Positions 63,961 to 64,000 of a DNA stretch of 64,000 nt are shown piece by piece; position 1 is the stretch's first letter, and each line of letters opens with the position of its first letter. A program made the position numbers and the translations under genes. The notes under the pieces are model-generated. The model ran no database searches and was not told the origin of the DNA. It saw only the letters and a list, made by a program, of their open reading frames with translations. Origin of the DNA: Mobula hypostoma (lineage: Eukaryota); NCBI RefSeq assembly GCF_963921235.1, contig NC_086109.1:27530001-27594000 (forward strand), read 5' to 3'.

Positions 63961-64000
63961 CACAAGCCACTTATTTTGAGAGCAACTTGAGGCTGAGCAA

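Overview
Repeat-dense, AT-rich vertebrate genomic DNA. The repeat inventory (CR1 and Rex1 LINEs, Penelope-like elements, V-SINE/DeuSINE-like SINEs) suggests a cartilaginous fish, probably a ray; this is inference. The window appears to be almost entirely intronic within a large minus-strand copine gene. One clear 64-nt exon at 20749-20812 encodes GIPGKKCGAIILSAEELGNCR (CPNE5/8/9 subfamily, best fit CPNE5). A candidate 60-nt frame-preserving cassette exon lies at 51245-51304. I could not find the flanking constitutive exons. Nearly all listed ORFs are transposon remnants or chance ORFs. Notable architecture: Penelope ends carrying minimal hammerhead ribozymes, a near-perfect 368-bp inverted repeat, a palindromic Tc1 element built from two 3' halves inside a three-level nest, hAT-like elements with 6-bp TSDs, a decayed Gypsy element, a HERO-type LINE end, and an old ~370-bp local duplication of unrecognised sequence. 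I found no evidence of a prokaryote-type or wholly new multi-gene system. Family assignments come from recalled motifs, not database searches. Boundaries of old repeats are approximate.
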